A DNA stretch of 63,993 bases, filler included, from Octopus bimaculoides (GCF_001194135.2; 6 parts of 6 records of this genome joined end to end with filler, not necessarily neighbours in it); one strand, 5' to 3'; counted from the first letter of the whole stretch, positions 35,669 to 50,800 are shown. Numbers and translations are program-made. The notes: generated by a model not told the origin, from the letters alone.

Positions 35669-38576
35669 TCGAAGAAAATACTTAAATATTATTCAAACAC
35701 ATTTGAATGTAATGTAATTATCCTTCAACTCGATCGTCATTGCAATAAGGCTTATAAAACGTAAAATAAAGCAATATTAAAAAGAAAATAAAACAAAACC
35801 AAAAAAAAAACAAGCGTTATAATGACGAAACAATAATTACACTGAGAACTGTACAACCCAACCAGCACTGTTGATATATTACTATGTCTTAATTAGAAAA
35901 ACCAATTTGCTTTGAAGTAACTGACACAGACATCCAAGTAATATAATTGTAATGTTTTATGAGTAGAAACTTTTACATATCTAATGTATCTTATCGAATA
36001 CACTCTAACGCTATAGGTATATTTAATATATCGTTCATTAAACATCTCTGTTGAAAGCAATTTGATAGCGTTCGTATATATCATGAATAATTAATGAAAT
36101 GGCATTTAAAATATGCCACGAATAATGTGTTATGGAAGTGACTGGTTTATACCATATACTTTTGCTTGCAAACGTAGACATATTTAATTATATAACAAAT
36201 TAAGATATACAGCAAGAATATATATTTTTTTAATATAGATTTCTAAGATGTGTACAATAGCCACACATGCATAAAGTTTAACGCAAACGGCTCGTATTAC
36301 TGTTTCTGTTTTCTTATCCACCGCTATGTGACAAAATGTAAAAGTGACCCGACAGAACTTTCTCTTAAAATGTAGAACAAATGTAACTGATTCGTACGTA
36401 AAGAAGTGTTACCCTTGCAATATCATTTACGTCGTTAGTGTAGTTAATACTGCGGAGCTGCAGAGATTGGTTCGGTTTCCACATCAAGAAAACGCCATTG
36501 ATGCAATCTCCTATGCAAAGCATTTAACTTTACTGAGTCTTTCAGCAACAACAAGCTACTCAATTTCCTATGATAAATATTTAAAATTTTATATCTAGCT
36601 AAGAGGAAGATGAGTTGACAGAATGGTTACAGTAATGAATTATAAATTACCTGCTACATATTTGCTATTCAACGTTCAAGTGTTACCTGTCTCTTTCGGT
36701 TTTCATAGCTTCGCAGTTGATGAAATAATCACATGTAATGTGCTGGCATGATACATTTGCATATAAGGAATTTCTACACAAATAATCCTCCTCCTTATTT
36801 AAAAGAAATTCGACTGAGAACGGATATCCGTGTGAAGGAAGATTTCATCGTGCCAAACATATATACACTTCCTCTCTTGTTAGAACTCTCTTGATTTCTC
36901 CATATCTACGGTTCTGTCATTTCATGCATTTTGTATATATGGAAAATTGTTCTCAGCATAAGGAAATCGATACCAAAATGGATAAGAGCATGAGAAAGTG
37001 CCGTTAGATGATAGCAAACATTCCAAAATACAATGTCTGGCACTCTTAAAAGTTTGGTTCTTGGTTCTTCCCGATTTAACAGATTTATGATCAAAGATGA
37101 TTCATATTTCCCTCACATAGGATCATGCTGCTATTCTATTGTAACTAAATACACAACCAACAATTTTACCAAAGGCTGTTTCAGATTCGTTCATTAACTT
37201 ATTTCCAAGTTGTGTTTTTTGTTCTGTACATAGTACAGATAATTATTTTGTGTCTCCGTTCTACATTATGGTAAGAGATGATTTGATGTAGATTCACGAA
37301 GTTAGATTGACTGCATGAAGTTTCCGTTACACTCATGTTAAGGTACAGGCGGAATGAATGAATATATTACCCAGTTCTCGGTTGTTAACACCTTGAATCA
37401 TTCATATCGTTACAATACCCTCTCGAGGAAGCAAATAATTTTAGAAAGTTTTATTTAATTTCATAAAATATCCAAGAATTTCGATTTTGTAATACTATAG
37501 TAGTTAATAATTGTATTGAATTTGTAGGTAAAATATGACTTAAATCTTATGGAGTTCCCCCACCCCCACTTTCACACGTGTGTTAAATTACTTCATATCG
37601 TACGAAAAATGACATTTAGACATCTATAATGATGTACACGAGTTCCGATAACATAAATATCAATGCCGTAGGGAGAAAATTGACAAGGTTTTATGACAAA
37701 AATACCGGTTGAGTGAAAAATGTAATTTAAAATTTAATTGTTGCCCTGATTTAGGTAAGCTATTCATGTCGTTGTGTAGACGCATATTAACTCTAACTCA
37801 CAGCTTGAACATTTCCATATTTCCGTTACGAATATACATACATACACATTTGCACATACTAATACACACACACACACACACTTACATATATAAGCAGACT
37901 AATGGCCATTAGTTGAAATAGTATTGTACTTACTTAACCCATATAATATTCATGACATGCAGTATTCGAACACACATCGTCCATTGTTTTCGATATTTTG
38001 CTAGACTTCCTCATTAAACCAGGGCTTTTACTTGTGTCTTTTTAAGTGGCATTATTTTAATTTTTCAAGTGGTCGTTGATATTTAGTGTCATTCATTTGC
38101 GGAATTGATGAAAGTGAAGATGAACTACATTTTGATGGGAGAAAGCACTGCAGATCATATAACTTTGAACAATTAAGTATCAATGTTTTTAGTGTTCACT
38201 GCTGCAATTTATACTGGAGTTAAATGAAATTTTGTTAATGAGGTTCAAAGTATCCATTGAAAATATTTTCTTCTTCATTAAGGAGGGAAATATATGAAAG
38301 GAATTTTGATAAATTAAAATAATGTTGTTAAGCCAAAGTATTTGTTTGACATTTCCTTTTAATTACAAAATACTAAATGTTACGACAACAATCCAACCAC
38401 ATACCACTTAATATAAAAATTATTTGATTACTCTTTTATATTAAATGCCGCTATAACGGTACGAAATGCTATTAAATCAAGATAATGGGTATGTTTCTTT
38501 TAATAATTTAATTAAACTTTATTCTAAATTTATAATACACACTATAGAAGGAAATTTGTGTTACTGTATTTTACAG

Positions 38577-39400
38577 AACCAGAGTTCATGTGGCAAGATA
38601 CCAGAAATTTTATGATAGAATCCTAATAGTCTTTACGTATCTTCATGAAAATGAAAGACCTTTGTTCCAGTTTAGATGTAAACACTGTAACCGCAAATAT
38701 TTGGTGCTAAATAATCTAGTCCAATGTTCATAATGAGTACACAATCCATGACTAAGCGACTGTCATTCCTGTCTCTGAAATGCAGTGGTCATACAAGTTT
38801 TCAAAACATACCGAAGTTTATCAAAAGGTTTATCAAAAGGTTAATTTTACCTTTATGCAAATACATCTTTAGATCATTTCTAAGAAAGAAACCACCAACA
38901 TTTTCAAGTTACGAAACTGAAAAATATAGGCGTGAATAACTGCAGCGAAGTTTCCTGTTTTGTGAGGATTTTGAGCAGATTTTCAGTTCGGTGTTATCAA
39001 GATCTCTTGGCACATCGAGTTTCATTGTATTTCCATCTCCACAGTGCATACAGAGTATAATGAAGAAATGGTGTCAGGATGATGGTCGTTGTTCGCTAGC
39101 AACGAGGGACACACAAGCCTGTAATAATGTGGAATGCTTTCCAAACTACTGGTGCATAATCTCTTTTTATTCGCAATTGATGCTCTCAGCGAACACGGCA
39201 CAACGGCAAGAATTAAACAAAGATCTAAGTTTTAGGTTCTCAGAATCCAATAACACGTTATCCAGACAGCAGTTATCCGATAAAAGGTATCCAACCACAA
39301 TAAGATACATAGTGTTATTTACCATAGGCAAATCATCACAAAATCGACGTAGGAGGTCTCATAGCTTGCTTAAAACCCACACTGTATCGAGCGTTACTTT
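38577..39400 (+). pseudogene. Possible decayed C2H2 zinc-finger exon
   Basis: After the acceptor tattttacag| (38576): HENERPLFQFRCKHCNRKYLVLNNL, then PLCKYIFRSF, TEKYR(R)E, LLAHRV and NHNKIHS in shifting frames with stops. Confidence 0.3.
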
Positions 39401-41064
39401 AATACACTTGCTTGTTCCTACACCTGTCTCCATCTTTTGTCTTCTGTAAATTTGAACCATATATAGACACGCAAAAAAAAAAGAAAGAAGAAAGTAAAGG
39501 ACCACTGATGAGGCAACAGAAATTTGACGAAGGATCTCTGGCCGAAATATGATTAATGTAAATAATAAAATAAAGCTGAAGCAAATTAACACCAAATATA
39601 TAGTGTGTGTGTTTTTATTGGCTTAACTGGCAACATGACCATCACCAAATACAACAATATATATATATGGCTCAAAATGGTTTATCTTTAAAACAATAGA
39701 CTTAACACGGGGAGTAATTTTCTTGTGTCTTAATGAAAATCGTCTGCAAAGAGAACCTTCTGCACACAGGTACCTACCAGAACCACTTGAAAAACATGCC
39801 CCACTAATCATCCTGAGACCATCTATAAATTATCTTCGCAACACAGAGATATATCATTGAAGAATGCAATAAAATGTTTAGAAAAAAAAATATTACAATG
39901 GAACGAGTTTAACCAAGAAACAAAATCAACGTGTTGTTAATTCAATAACAGTACAATCCTAAACAGAGACACCTCGGGGAATAAATTAAACAATATAACT
40001 AAAGACGCATTAAAAAAACATATCCCACGAGGTAATATATATATACAACTCCAATTACACATTAAAAAAGCCACCCTCGTAAAATAAAAAAAATATTTGA
40101 AAAAACCCAAACACAAACTCGTGTAAAAACTTTTCGCATACGTAGTAGAAATGAAGTTAGCAAGAAACGAATAACCAAAAAGAAACAATGGAGAACAAAA
40201 TAAATCACAGAAAACTGACTACTTGTAAGCTGTGTTTTTTTTTTTTTTTTACTAACTTGAGCTATAAAGCAAAACTGAAAGCAGTATATGGACCAATTAG
40301 TAACATCATCAGTATTAACAAAGAACAACGGTATGAATACAGCTGCGGGGGAAAAAATCCAGTAATATGTCCACACTGAAAAATATCAATGAAAGGCCCG
40401 CATCAGACATCGCACATAATTTATCAATCAAAAAACAAACATATAGAATGCAGGAACACAAAGCGAAAATATACACCTTCTGATCTGACCATGATTTTCA
40501 CGCTTTCCTTCCATTAGAAACGGAAAAAAGAAGGGAAAAATCTAAAGCTGAAAGGCATTACTGTGCTCATCCGTTGATGCAAATACACGTAGCAATACTG
40601 CAAAATTCTCAGAATCACGAAGGTTTGCCGAATAGTCTCGTTTTTAACCTCAATAAAAACTTCCAAGTAATATCTGGTTATGGACACATCACTAGTCAAT
40701 GCATTTCTTCAATAATCTAAACGACACCTCCATCATAGATTCTAACCGACTTCCTTAACCACCACACTAATAACAAATCTTATACACCGAATGTTATAGT
40801 TTTGCAGAGAGAATCCCGTTCCCATAAACATGATGCTAACAACTTTCAGCAACAGTAAGGCTCTTCATTCCATTTGTGTGTCTGACTAAGCCTCAGTAAT
40901 ATCAGGATTACATAATCTTATACTAAATATAGTAGAATAGTGGATTTAGTGTCCCGACCAGGTTTATATTTCTTCTAATATGATGTGGCCAGCGCTACAT
41001 TGCAAGTTTAAATATATACTCCATAATGCAGAAATTGGAACATGTTAACACACTCACACACACA

Positions 41065-41096
<32 letters not shown>

Positions 41097-41494
41097 TACA
41101 TACACGCACACACACATACACACGCACACNNNNNNNNNNNNNNNNNNNNNNNNNNNNNNNNNNNNNNNNNNNNNNNNNNNNNNNNNNNNNNNNNNNNNNN
41201 NNNNNNNNNNNNNNNNNNNNNNNNNNNNNNNNNNNNNNNNNNNNNNNNNNNNNNNNNNNNNNNNNNNNNNNNNNNNNNNNNNNNNNNNNNNNNNNNNNNN
41301 NNNNNNNNNNNNNNNNNNNNNNNNNNNNNNNNNNNNNNNNNNNNNNNNNNNNNNNNNNNNNNNNNNNNNNNNNNNNNNNNNNNNNNNNNNNNNNNNNNNN
41401 NNNNNNNNNNNNNNNNNNNNNNNNNNNNNNNNNNNNNNNNNNNNNNNNNNNNNNNNNNNNNNNNNNNNNNNNNNNNNNNNNNNNNNNNNNNNNN

Positions 41495-41530
<36 letters not shown>

Positions 41531-42783
41531 CAAAGATACATACATATATATATAATATATAACATATATATATATAAACTGATATATGATTATGCATATA
41601 TATATTTTATATCAATTGTACGACAACTGTCAATAATGAAAAATACAAACTTCCCTACAACTAATCTAGAGGATTTATCGAAGGAAACCCTTAAAATGTT
41701 CTTGTGCACAAAGCAAATTTTAAAGAAAAACTAAAATTCTATCCGAAAAAATATAAAATATATTATAAAATCAGCCATACCTTTTGTTGTTAAGTTTTGT
41801 CACAAAGTAAGTATATGACGAGAATTCGTTTTGTTTACATTTTTTAACATGCTAGAGAAAACAATTTAGAAAAGAAACACATTGTTTATTTTACTTCTAT
41901 AAATACTGTTATATCAAAGCTAAATCCCATTATATAAATATATTCTGTTTTTAGACGAATGCCGTTGATACACTTTTTTGGATTTAGAACATCAGCTATT
42001 AATAATATGTTATGTTAGTTTATTTTGATCTCAGGAGAAATAAACATTTATACATTAGTAATTGGACAATAAAAAAATGATATATCAAACGATACAATTC
42101 TGAAGTAAGTATTAATATATATTTTCCTTTATGATAGAGCATCACAATATTTAATATTTTTCTCTGATGATATCATTGGTCGGAAGAGCGATTCTTTTGG
42201 AGCACAGATGGACTATAAGCAGCCTCGGAACATATAATTGTGCGTTTCTAGTAAGCAGTAGTAAATCATTCCGTATAAATATTGCTTTCTCATTATTCAA
42301 TGCTTCTTGCGTACACGTATACTCATAAATATACGTCTGTCACACAAACACACACACACACACACACACACAAACAGACACACACACCCAGACATACTCA
42401 CATTCCCAGACACGTGCACAAGCACATATATGTATGTATGTATGTATGTATGTACGTACGCACGTACGTATGAGTGCATGTATGTATGAATGCAGGTATA
42501 TATATATATANNNNNNNNNNNNNNNNNNNNNNNNNNNNNNNNNNNNNNNNNNNNNNNNNNNNNNNNNNNNNNNNNNNNNNNNNNNNNNNNNNNNNNNNNN
42601 NNNNNNNNNNNNNNNNNNNNNNNNNNNNNNNNNNNNNNNNNNNNNNNNNNNNNNNNNNNNNNNNNNNNNNNNNNNNNNNNNNNNNNNNNNNNNNNNNNNN
42701 NNNNNNNNNNNNNNNNNNNNNNNNNNNNNNNNNNNNNNNNNNNNNNNNNNNNNNNNNNNNNNNNNNNNNNNNNNNNNNNNNNN

Positions 42784-42817
<34 letters not shown>

Positions 42818-43269
42818 GTATATGTATAGACATGTATGCATAAGTATATGCATGTCCATTTTCAAACGCATATATATGTATGAATATAGATAGGTAGGTA
42901 GCTAGGTAGGTATGTGTGTTTGTGTGTATGTGTGTGTGCGAGCGCGCATGCGTACATATACATATATATATATATATTTACACACTCATCTACTTGCGAC
43001 AGAAACACCATTGGTGAAAGCCTGTAGATGAACATCTTCTGATTTAAGCGTCTACTATTCATAGGCAAATGAAAGAGAGTACACTTGCTTAATCGGATCT
43101 CGATACGCTCAGTTTTCATTGGTTGAGACGGATTACACAATTAATATTCATATACAATTCTGTTGTGATAAATAATAGAGCGTTACTAGAATATAAAAAG
43201 GCTCCAGTGCAATAAATATGTAGAAACTGGCTGTCTACGATCAACTTTTCTTAGCAATACAAATCATTG

Positions 43270-43620
43270 ATTTTCTCTTTCATCATTTTTCGAGCTGGTT
43301 GTTTGAAAATAACGCATGATAAATGCTCGTCTGATACGGAAAGTGAATTACACATTAAATGTCGTGTTGAGATGTGTGTTGAACAGCTTTAAACGTTTCT
43401 GTTTCTGAAGCGACAAAACTTTCAATGATGCAATCTATTTAAGTATGCAAAGTTCTGTCTACATCTTTGAAATGTGTTTCTATGTGTTGAGATACAACAA
43501 GGCAGTGAAATGAAGTTTATTCTTTCCACATACTTGGAGGATTTCAAACATTCATTGTACTTTTCTTAAAGTTCCGATGAGCTATTTCTATTCAGTTTTG
43601 TCCGGCTCGCATTCATTCTG
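43270..43620 (-). mobile_element. Possible R4/Dong-like non-LTR relic
   Basis: Fragments CLKSSK..., RCR and IDCIIESFVASETE...QHD loosely follow the WL.S...CR.C...HI..GC..LA..EY..RHD pattern. Very decayed. Confidence 0.25.
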
Positions 43621-46600
43621 CATACGGTAGCCTTAGAGAAACATGGTGCTCTCACCAGTGTAGGATGACTGCAAACATTTACTTTCTATTTTGTGTATGA
43701 TGCTGGAAGTGATATTGGTTTCTTTTTTTTAGCAGCAACTACTAACCTTAATGTTATACTTGTTGAAGAGCTGATTACATTTTTCTCTAATCGGAAAGTG
43801 GTACATTACATGAAGTACTAATTTCCTTGCAATATTTATAAGTTATTAGGGGCATTGAACCAGATTGCTTTCTGCTTTTTGACTCTTCTGGAATGTGAAA
43901 TGAAAGTGGATTATCCGTGCTAACTTCTTGTAGGTGAGTATGGAACGTCACTTTAATGGAGTGTAATTTGGAGATTATCTTGCCTATATCTGCTGCCAAA
44001 CCTCTAATTAGCAGAAGAGGGAGATTAGATTACTTATGGGGATACACAACTATTTATGCTATGACTTCGTTAAAGTTCTGATAGTATTAATGATTACTTG
44101 TCTTCAGCTGTAATACAATATCATGGATATTAGATATCCCTAGATGGGTAGTAATAGGTATCTTATACGTATGGAGTATTTTTTTGTTCCATCCGTGGGG
44201 TTATCATTCATAATTTGTGTGTACTTCTCAAACCATCATATCTGTATTGACATCCATAACCGCTAGTTAAAGAGAGATCTTCAGCTTTCATATATCACAT
44301 TCTAAATTCACCCAAACATAGCGTCTATTGGGAACATTGCACAAAAGGAATAACCATGATACATCAACGACCTTATAGGGCTCATTAGTAATCTAATGTC
44401 ACATGCTCTGTATTGCCATAGATTAGCCGCCTGCAATTTTTTTTCTCCTTAATCACTGAGACTAATATCATCGTTGATCGGTCACGACATTTCATGGGAC
44501 AAAATCTTTACTGATGATGAACGTTTGAACGAGTACAAACTGATTAATGAATTTTGCAGTCAACAACTGTTTCCGTATCCGTACACGTGTTCACAGATAC
44601 ACATATAAATAAGGCTGAGCCCCAAATAATTGTATACTTATTAGTTTTACACTTCAGTGATTTATACATCGGTTAGATTTATTTAAAGTTAAAGTCTCGA
44701 TTTCTTGTGTATTTTGTTCCTACAAAGTTGATACCCATAGCACTTTGCCTCCACAGTGTGTGCTTTCTGTGTTATTTATTGCTTTGAAAAATGATGTTAG
44801 TCTGGTGAATGTAAGACGACAGCACATTCTCTTACATTTCTCCAAGCTGAATACTTTCGTATCACATTTCTTATAAGCGAAAGCTATAGTTTACTGGTCA
44901 CAGAGAATATTGTATTTTTAACAATACCTGATGAAGTGAATACTAGAGAATATTTCACATATTTTGTTTACAGAGTCTATCAGACACGGAACGAGATAAT
45001 TAGGTGGGTCGGTTTCCAGGCTCACGATTTGACATGGTCGAAAGTCAATTCAACCTATTTTGGGGTCGGTAGAGTTTAGTACTGGAACCTTACACATACG
45101 CCCTCACATATACACATGCAAGCAAGTGCGTGCATATTTTGGTTTGCAATAATTGATATACCACTCTAAGTACTAGCTTTTGTAGCAAAATAAAAAGAAA
45201 TAGAAGCCATCGGTCCCGTGTTTTGGGGAAGGAAAAAAACATTGGCTCATTTCCCTCATCTTCAACGGCATGGAATGACAAAGACAAAACTCCTGTGAGA
45301 AGAGAGGGGTGCATTACTTCTGCTGGTATGTAATTTCAATATAGTAGACAGGAAGACAGGGAGAAGGCAGTGCTTTGATCAAAAATACAAAACACCGATT
45401 CCATTAGGAACCGAACCAATGAACTTGTGATCATCTGATGAAGAACATAAAACTGTTGGCCATACGACTCTCTATAGTAATAAAACAGTACACCAATGCA
45501 TACATAGACAAATATATACCGAATTGTAAGTGCACACTCTTCACTCTGTCGTAAAGGAAGGTAAGTATACAGACTCATCAATCAATTGCACATTTGAAAC
45601 GGACAAGCACATAAACACATGCATGCACGCATACACCTCTCCCACCCAGACACACACTGGAGTAACTTATTTATTCAAGTTTCTTTGTTGGAAAGCACAC
45701 TGCCCGGAACTGAAGCAGTGATGCAGAAGAATTTAGCAACCTTCGTCGCATTCGGAGTTTATATTGTGTTTCCTAATCTAAAAGACAATAACGAATCGTA
45801 AATAGAAAATAAACGGACAAAAGTTTGTCACAATTTGACATTACCACATTGCATTCTCTACAATAATTATTTAGAACAGGATTCTGCCATTTATTTCTGA
45901 ACCAGCTGACGGTCAGTTGTATCTTCAGTGTTGAATCTGTGTGATAATATTCGACATATTCCATAGGTGGCATATTCCTGTATTGTCATGGTTAATGCAC
46001 AAAAAACTACAACAACAACAATAATAGCAATATCATCATCACCCTCATCATCAAAATCAACAACAGTAACAACAATATGAGCAAAAATAACTACAAGAAA
46101 TACAGTTATCAACTAATATATGTAGCAATAGTTGTTAAAGAATGCAGATATAACTTCAACAGTATTCATAACGACTCATGAAGGAAACCTTAGTGTGGTT
46201 TCTCAATCTATTAGAAATAGAAGCAATATTCATTCGAATAATACTACTCCATTATGAGTTTCATAAGGAAGCAATGTAGACCTATATAAAGATAAAAGAC
46301 AGGATAATTCCCTCTGGAAAATCATCGACCGTACGTCTCCTGGTAAAATACTGAACTGAGGATACACAATACAATTCATAACGAATATTTCATTCACAAT
46401 CCGGTCTTCCCATCAGACGGGAAAAATTACAAGTAAGCAATATATTACAGGCCAAAATACAATATCAAAACTCATTTAATATACACAATACACACTTGCG
46501 GAAGTCAAACATATTTGTGTAAGACATAATTAACAAAATTTAGGAAGGTGGTATATAATTCAGATGGAAAATACCTTTACAGCTTTAAGGTCAAAATAAA

Positions 46601-46879
46601 TTAATCCTCTTTTTGGGAGACAGATTGAATCTAAAGAGAAGGATAATAGAACAAATTTGACATAAATTTACAACGATCATAGAGAGAGAAACATCTAGGT
46701 ACATATATCAAGTGAAAGAATAGTACAAAATCATTAGGACTAAATAAGAACTGGAATATATCTGGTATTGACGAATTAAAATACACTCCATTCATAAAAG
46801 ACATACAAAATCCTATGATAAAACATATTTCAGTAACAACCCCTCTAAAATGTTTTGCATATACACAGTAAACAAGCTG

Positions 46880-47095
46880 GAAGAAACGTTAGCACGCTGG
46901 GCGAAACGTTTAGCGGTATTTCGTCTGCCGCTACGTTCTGAGTTCAAATTCCGCCGCGGTCGACTTTGCCTTTCATCCTTTCGGGGTCGATTAAATAAGT
47001 ACCAGTTACGCACTGGCTTCGATATAATCGACTTAATTCGTTTGTCTGTCCTTGTTTGTCCCCTCTAGGTGTAGCTCCTTGTGGGCAGTAAAGAC
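46880..47095 (+). mobile_element. SINE (family B)
   Basis: gttagcacgctgggcgaaacgtttagcgg...gagttcaaattccgcc (B-box-like)...gactttgcctttcatcctttcggggtcgattaaataagtacc. Related copies at about 4190-4355, 6423-6589, 7500-7645(-), 21683-21900, 47200-47340(-), 51165-51350 and 61720-61810. Confidence 0.85.
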
Positions 47096-48825
47096 ATAAC
47101 AATGTTCTTACAAGAATCATAAACGTGTGCATGCACAAACGGGAGCGGGTGTATAAATAAATAGAAACACAGATACCCGTATTCATATATACTAAATACT
47201 GGTCTCAAATGTTGGCACAAGGCCAGCTATCTTGTGGGAGGAGTACGTCGTTTACATCGATCCCAATGCTCAAATGTTACTTCTTTATCCCGAAAGGATG
47301 TAAGGCAATGTCAACCTCGGTAGAATTTGATCTCAGAACGAAAATATATACTAAATATCAAATAATAATCCTGAAACGAATCTAATTAAGACATCTAGAT
47401 TTAGTGTGTGGTTGACCTCAATAGCTACCCGGGTAAGACCGTGGTTATAAAGTATTTTCATGTCTTTCATCCTTCAAAATTTCATCTCTTCTGAAATGTA
47501 CACAATGTCATATTTGCAAGGATATTTCAAATAAAATAATTGGGACTCTTGTTAATAATTAAATCGCAGAGGCGCGACGAACATTTGAGCATCAATATAT
47601 AAATGGAGAAAGAATATAACAGCATTCCGAGTTCATAAACGGTTTCAATGGATTTTTTCCACAACGTAACTGCTTTCATTTCAACTGTCATTTGCCAAGC
47701 CCACACAACTTCAAAAATTACGAAAATTTTCTTTAAAACGTTTCTCTCTATAAACATTAACTTCGGTCACTTCAGTGTTATTCGTTTACTATAGGCTAGT
47801 TATTTCTTCTTACTATTTAAGGCCACTCCATATGCAGCAGTCTATAACAACACTTTGTGACTTGGTTTTCAAACTAATGCCCTCTATGGACTCATCTTAG
47901 AATATCTGAATACATACGGCAACATAAAACCCGAAGGAAATGTCAATATCTCGCATTCAAATACGTTATTAGCTGAAGGACCACCTCAGAATATTTTTTC
48001 AAGAGACTTTCTGTTGCAATTCATCACTTGCTTCTTGTTCTAAAACCTCGTTGACACTTCTAGAAATATTTTACGTGACATTATTTGCCTCGCAGATATT
48101 CTTAATTGTCTTCAGAATATACGTTGTGTCGCTGCAAAAGAAAAAAAAGAACAACGCTTTAAATAATAGATTACTCATGTACATATATCACGTTATCTGA
48201 TGAAACCGAGTAAATAATACATTGCATAAATTGCGATAAAAACAAATTCTATATCACGTAACATTTGAATACGACCGAGTACGAGGATAAGCGGACAGCA
48301 CGATGAGACAAAACTGTACAGAGAAAATGTCAAAGAGAATTATATAGAAATAAAGTTAATTTAAGAGAATTGAAACCTGCGACTATAATAACAACTATTA
48401 CAACTAAGTAAAAATATTTAACATTTTGTACATGTTAAAATTGTTTCTCGATACGATAAAGGGATTACACCGAATGTGATCCATTAAATAAATGTATTGA
48501 ATTAGAGAAAAAGCATTTACAAAAGCATAAAGCAAATAAAACCCCACGAAGCAAAATGTATTTCAATAAAACCTTTCACAAAAGGGTCGAGTTATGAAAG
48601 GCGAAGTGGTTTAAGAATCTACTAAATGTGAATTACAAAATATTTAGCTTTTTGCGTAGTTCAGTCTTATGTTCGATTCCGTTTCACTTCCATTTTCCGC
48701 ACATTAAATAAGTTACTAACGCTCAGTTTAAATTACACAAGTGTATAGTAGATAGTCACTGTTTTCTGTTGACAATAACAGTTACGGTAAAAGAAACATC
48801 AAACACGAAAACAACCATGTAATCC

Positions 48826-48895
<70 letters not shown>

Positions 48896-49302
48896 TAATG
48901 ATTATGATGATATTCGGAATCAAATTACATTTAATTATTTCGTGGGAGCGTTTTGCTAGTAAGCATACTTAAATCATGGCAACATATAAGTAACCTTATC
49001 TCAAATTGGTTATTCAACGTCTTTGAAAATATAAGTCAAATATCCTTGAAATCAAAATATACCGAAGTAAATGAATAAGAATAAAAAAGTAGTTTTGGAT
49101 AGACTGAGCAGATCAGGTAACTTGATATCAGATCGATTAGATAACGTATTATTGGATACATACAGAGGAACTTCCGGGTTGTAATCCATGCTGAACAGTG
49201 AAGAACAGAGCAATTAGATTTTTTAATACTGTTTTGTTTGATCGTTTTGTGCGTTTATTCTTCTACTTGATCCTGTTCAAAAACAATGTGTAAGATAATC
49301 AA

Positions 49303-49720
49303 GGCGGTGAGCTAGCAGAAACGTTAGTACGCTGGTGGAAATGCTTAGCGGCATTTGTTCTGCCGCTACGTTCTGAGTTCAAATTCCGCCGAGGTCGACT
49401 TTGCCTTTGATTCTTTCGGGGTCGATTAAATAATTACCAGTTACGCACTGCGGCCGATGTAATCGACTTAATCCGTNNNNNNNNNNCCCCCCCCTGTGTG
49501 AAGCCCCTTTTGAGCAGCAAAGAAATAAAAGAAACGTTAGCACGCAGGGTGAAAAGCTTAGCGGTATTTCGTCAGTCTTTACGTTCTGAGTTCAAATTCC
49601 ACTAAGGTCAACTTTGCCTTTCGGCGTCAATAAATTAAGCACGAGTTGAGTATTGGGTCGATCTAATCGACTGGCCCGTTCCCTAAAATTTCGGGCCTTG
49701 TGTCTAGAGTAGAAAAGAAT
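49303..49720 (+). mobile_element. Two head-to-tail family B SINEs
   Basis: Copy 1 at 49303-49525 and copy 2 at about 49530-49720, each with ttacgttctgagttcaaattcc and ctttgccttt cores. Confidence 0.8.
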
Positions 49721-50049
49721 GTGTAAAATAATCATAGGACGTATTCGATACTGTAAGTAAGTGTAATTATAACACCTTCATAATGGATTTGTAATTAGAA
49801 TGAAGTCAAAGGAAACCGATGTATTTGTGTTGCGATGTACTTGATTTGAGAGCTGTACAATTTCGTGTTATATGTTAGAAGATGTATTATGTCGGGAAGA
49901 ATGGTTTTCTTAAACAGACGATCAAATTGCGTGTATGAAATATGGAACACGTTTTTTTGTTGTTGTTGTGTAAAGCGGTATTTCATTGTCAGCAACCCAT
50001 GAATGTTTTATATAATAAACAAGTTATCAGGTAAGAAATATCTGATTGT

Positions 50050-50800
50050 CAGAGGTCTTATGCTCGCTCTGAACTTGATAATGTTTCATGTGTAAAGTTG
50101 CCATTTATGATTAACTATGATTCTGAGACGGCAATTTCTAGTGTCTTTTAGTTGATTTTTTTTTTATGAGTAAAAACATAAAGCTATGATTTTGCTATTT
50201 TCTATATGTATCTGAGGATTTTCACCCGTTGAAGAATATTGCATTTGTTATCTCCAATGTCGAGGCTATCTATGAGGTATTTGTTGTTATAAGCAATGGT
50301 GTGTTTGTCCTGTATTGGTTAGCATGTGAATAATGACATTGTGCGTATGATTGTGTGTCGTGGTAATAGTTTGATAGTCATTCCTGTAATCCTCTACCTT
50401 ATGTTTTATCTGATTGCAAGCGGTGATTGCCTACTTAGTCATATAATGTTTGATTTATATTCGTGTTAAAGTAAGGTATTTCCTTTGGAAGAATTTTTAT
50501 AGAGTCCAGGAACAACAAATTCTGTACCAAATGCCTCAATATCAAATATAGGAATGTTGCTCGTTATCCTATTTTTAACAGACCTTTCTACCCAGCTACA
50601 AAAAACAGTCACATCAACGTGATGATAAAACATGTGATGGCTTGTCTTATCGGCATTTTCAATTCACCTTGTAAGCATCAGTGATATTATATGCTCTGAA
50701 TTTGTTGTTTGTACAGATAATTCTGCTTTTTAGCGCCAAATAATTTCCAATATTTTTCTTGTAAAGAGGTCTCCACGTTTTGGAAAGGGATCAGTTAATT
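50050..50800 (-). mobile_element. Possible heavily decayed Penelope-like endonuclease relic
   Basis: Minus-strand fragments PGLYK, LAIR.KHK and IHMLTNTGQTH occur in GIY-YIG-like order, with many stops. Confidence 0.25.
50657..50797 (+). repeat. 141 bp direct duplication, copy 1
   Basis: Matches 52051-52191 with 2 substitutions found by eye. Confidence 0.9.

Noticed and set aside
38991-39449. 152 aa ORF as an intact gene
   Set aside because: Starts at a non-ATG codon and has no coherent domain; better explained as chance or as part of a decayed relic.
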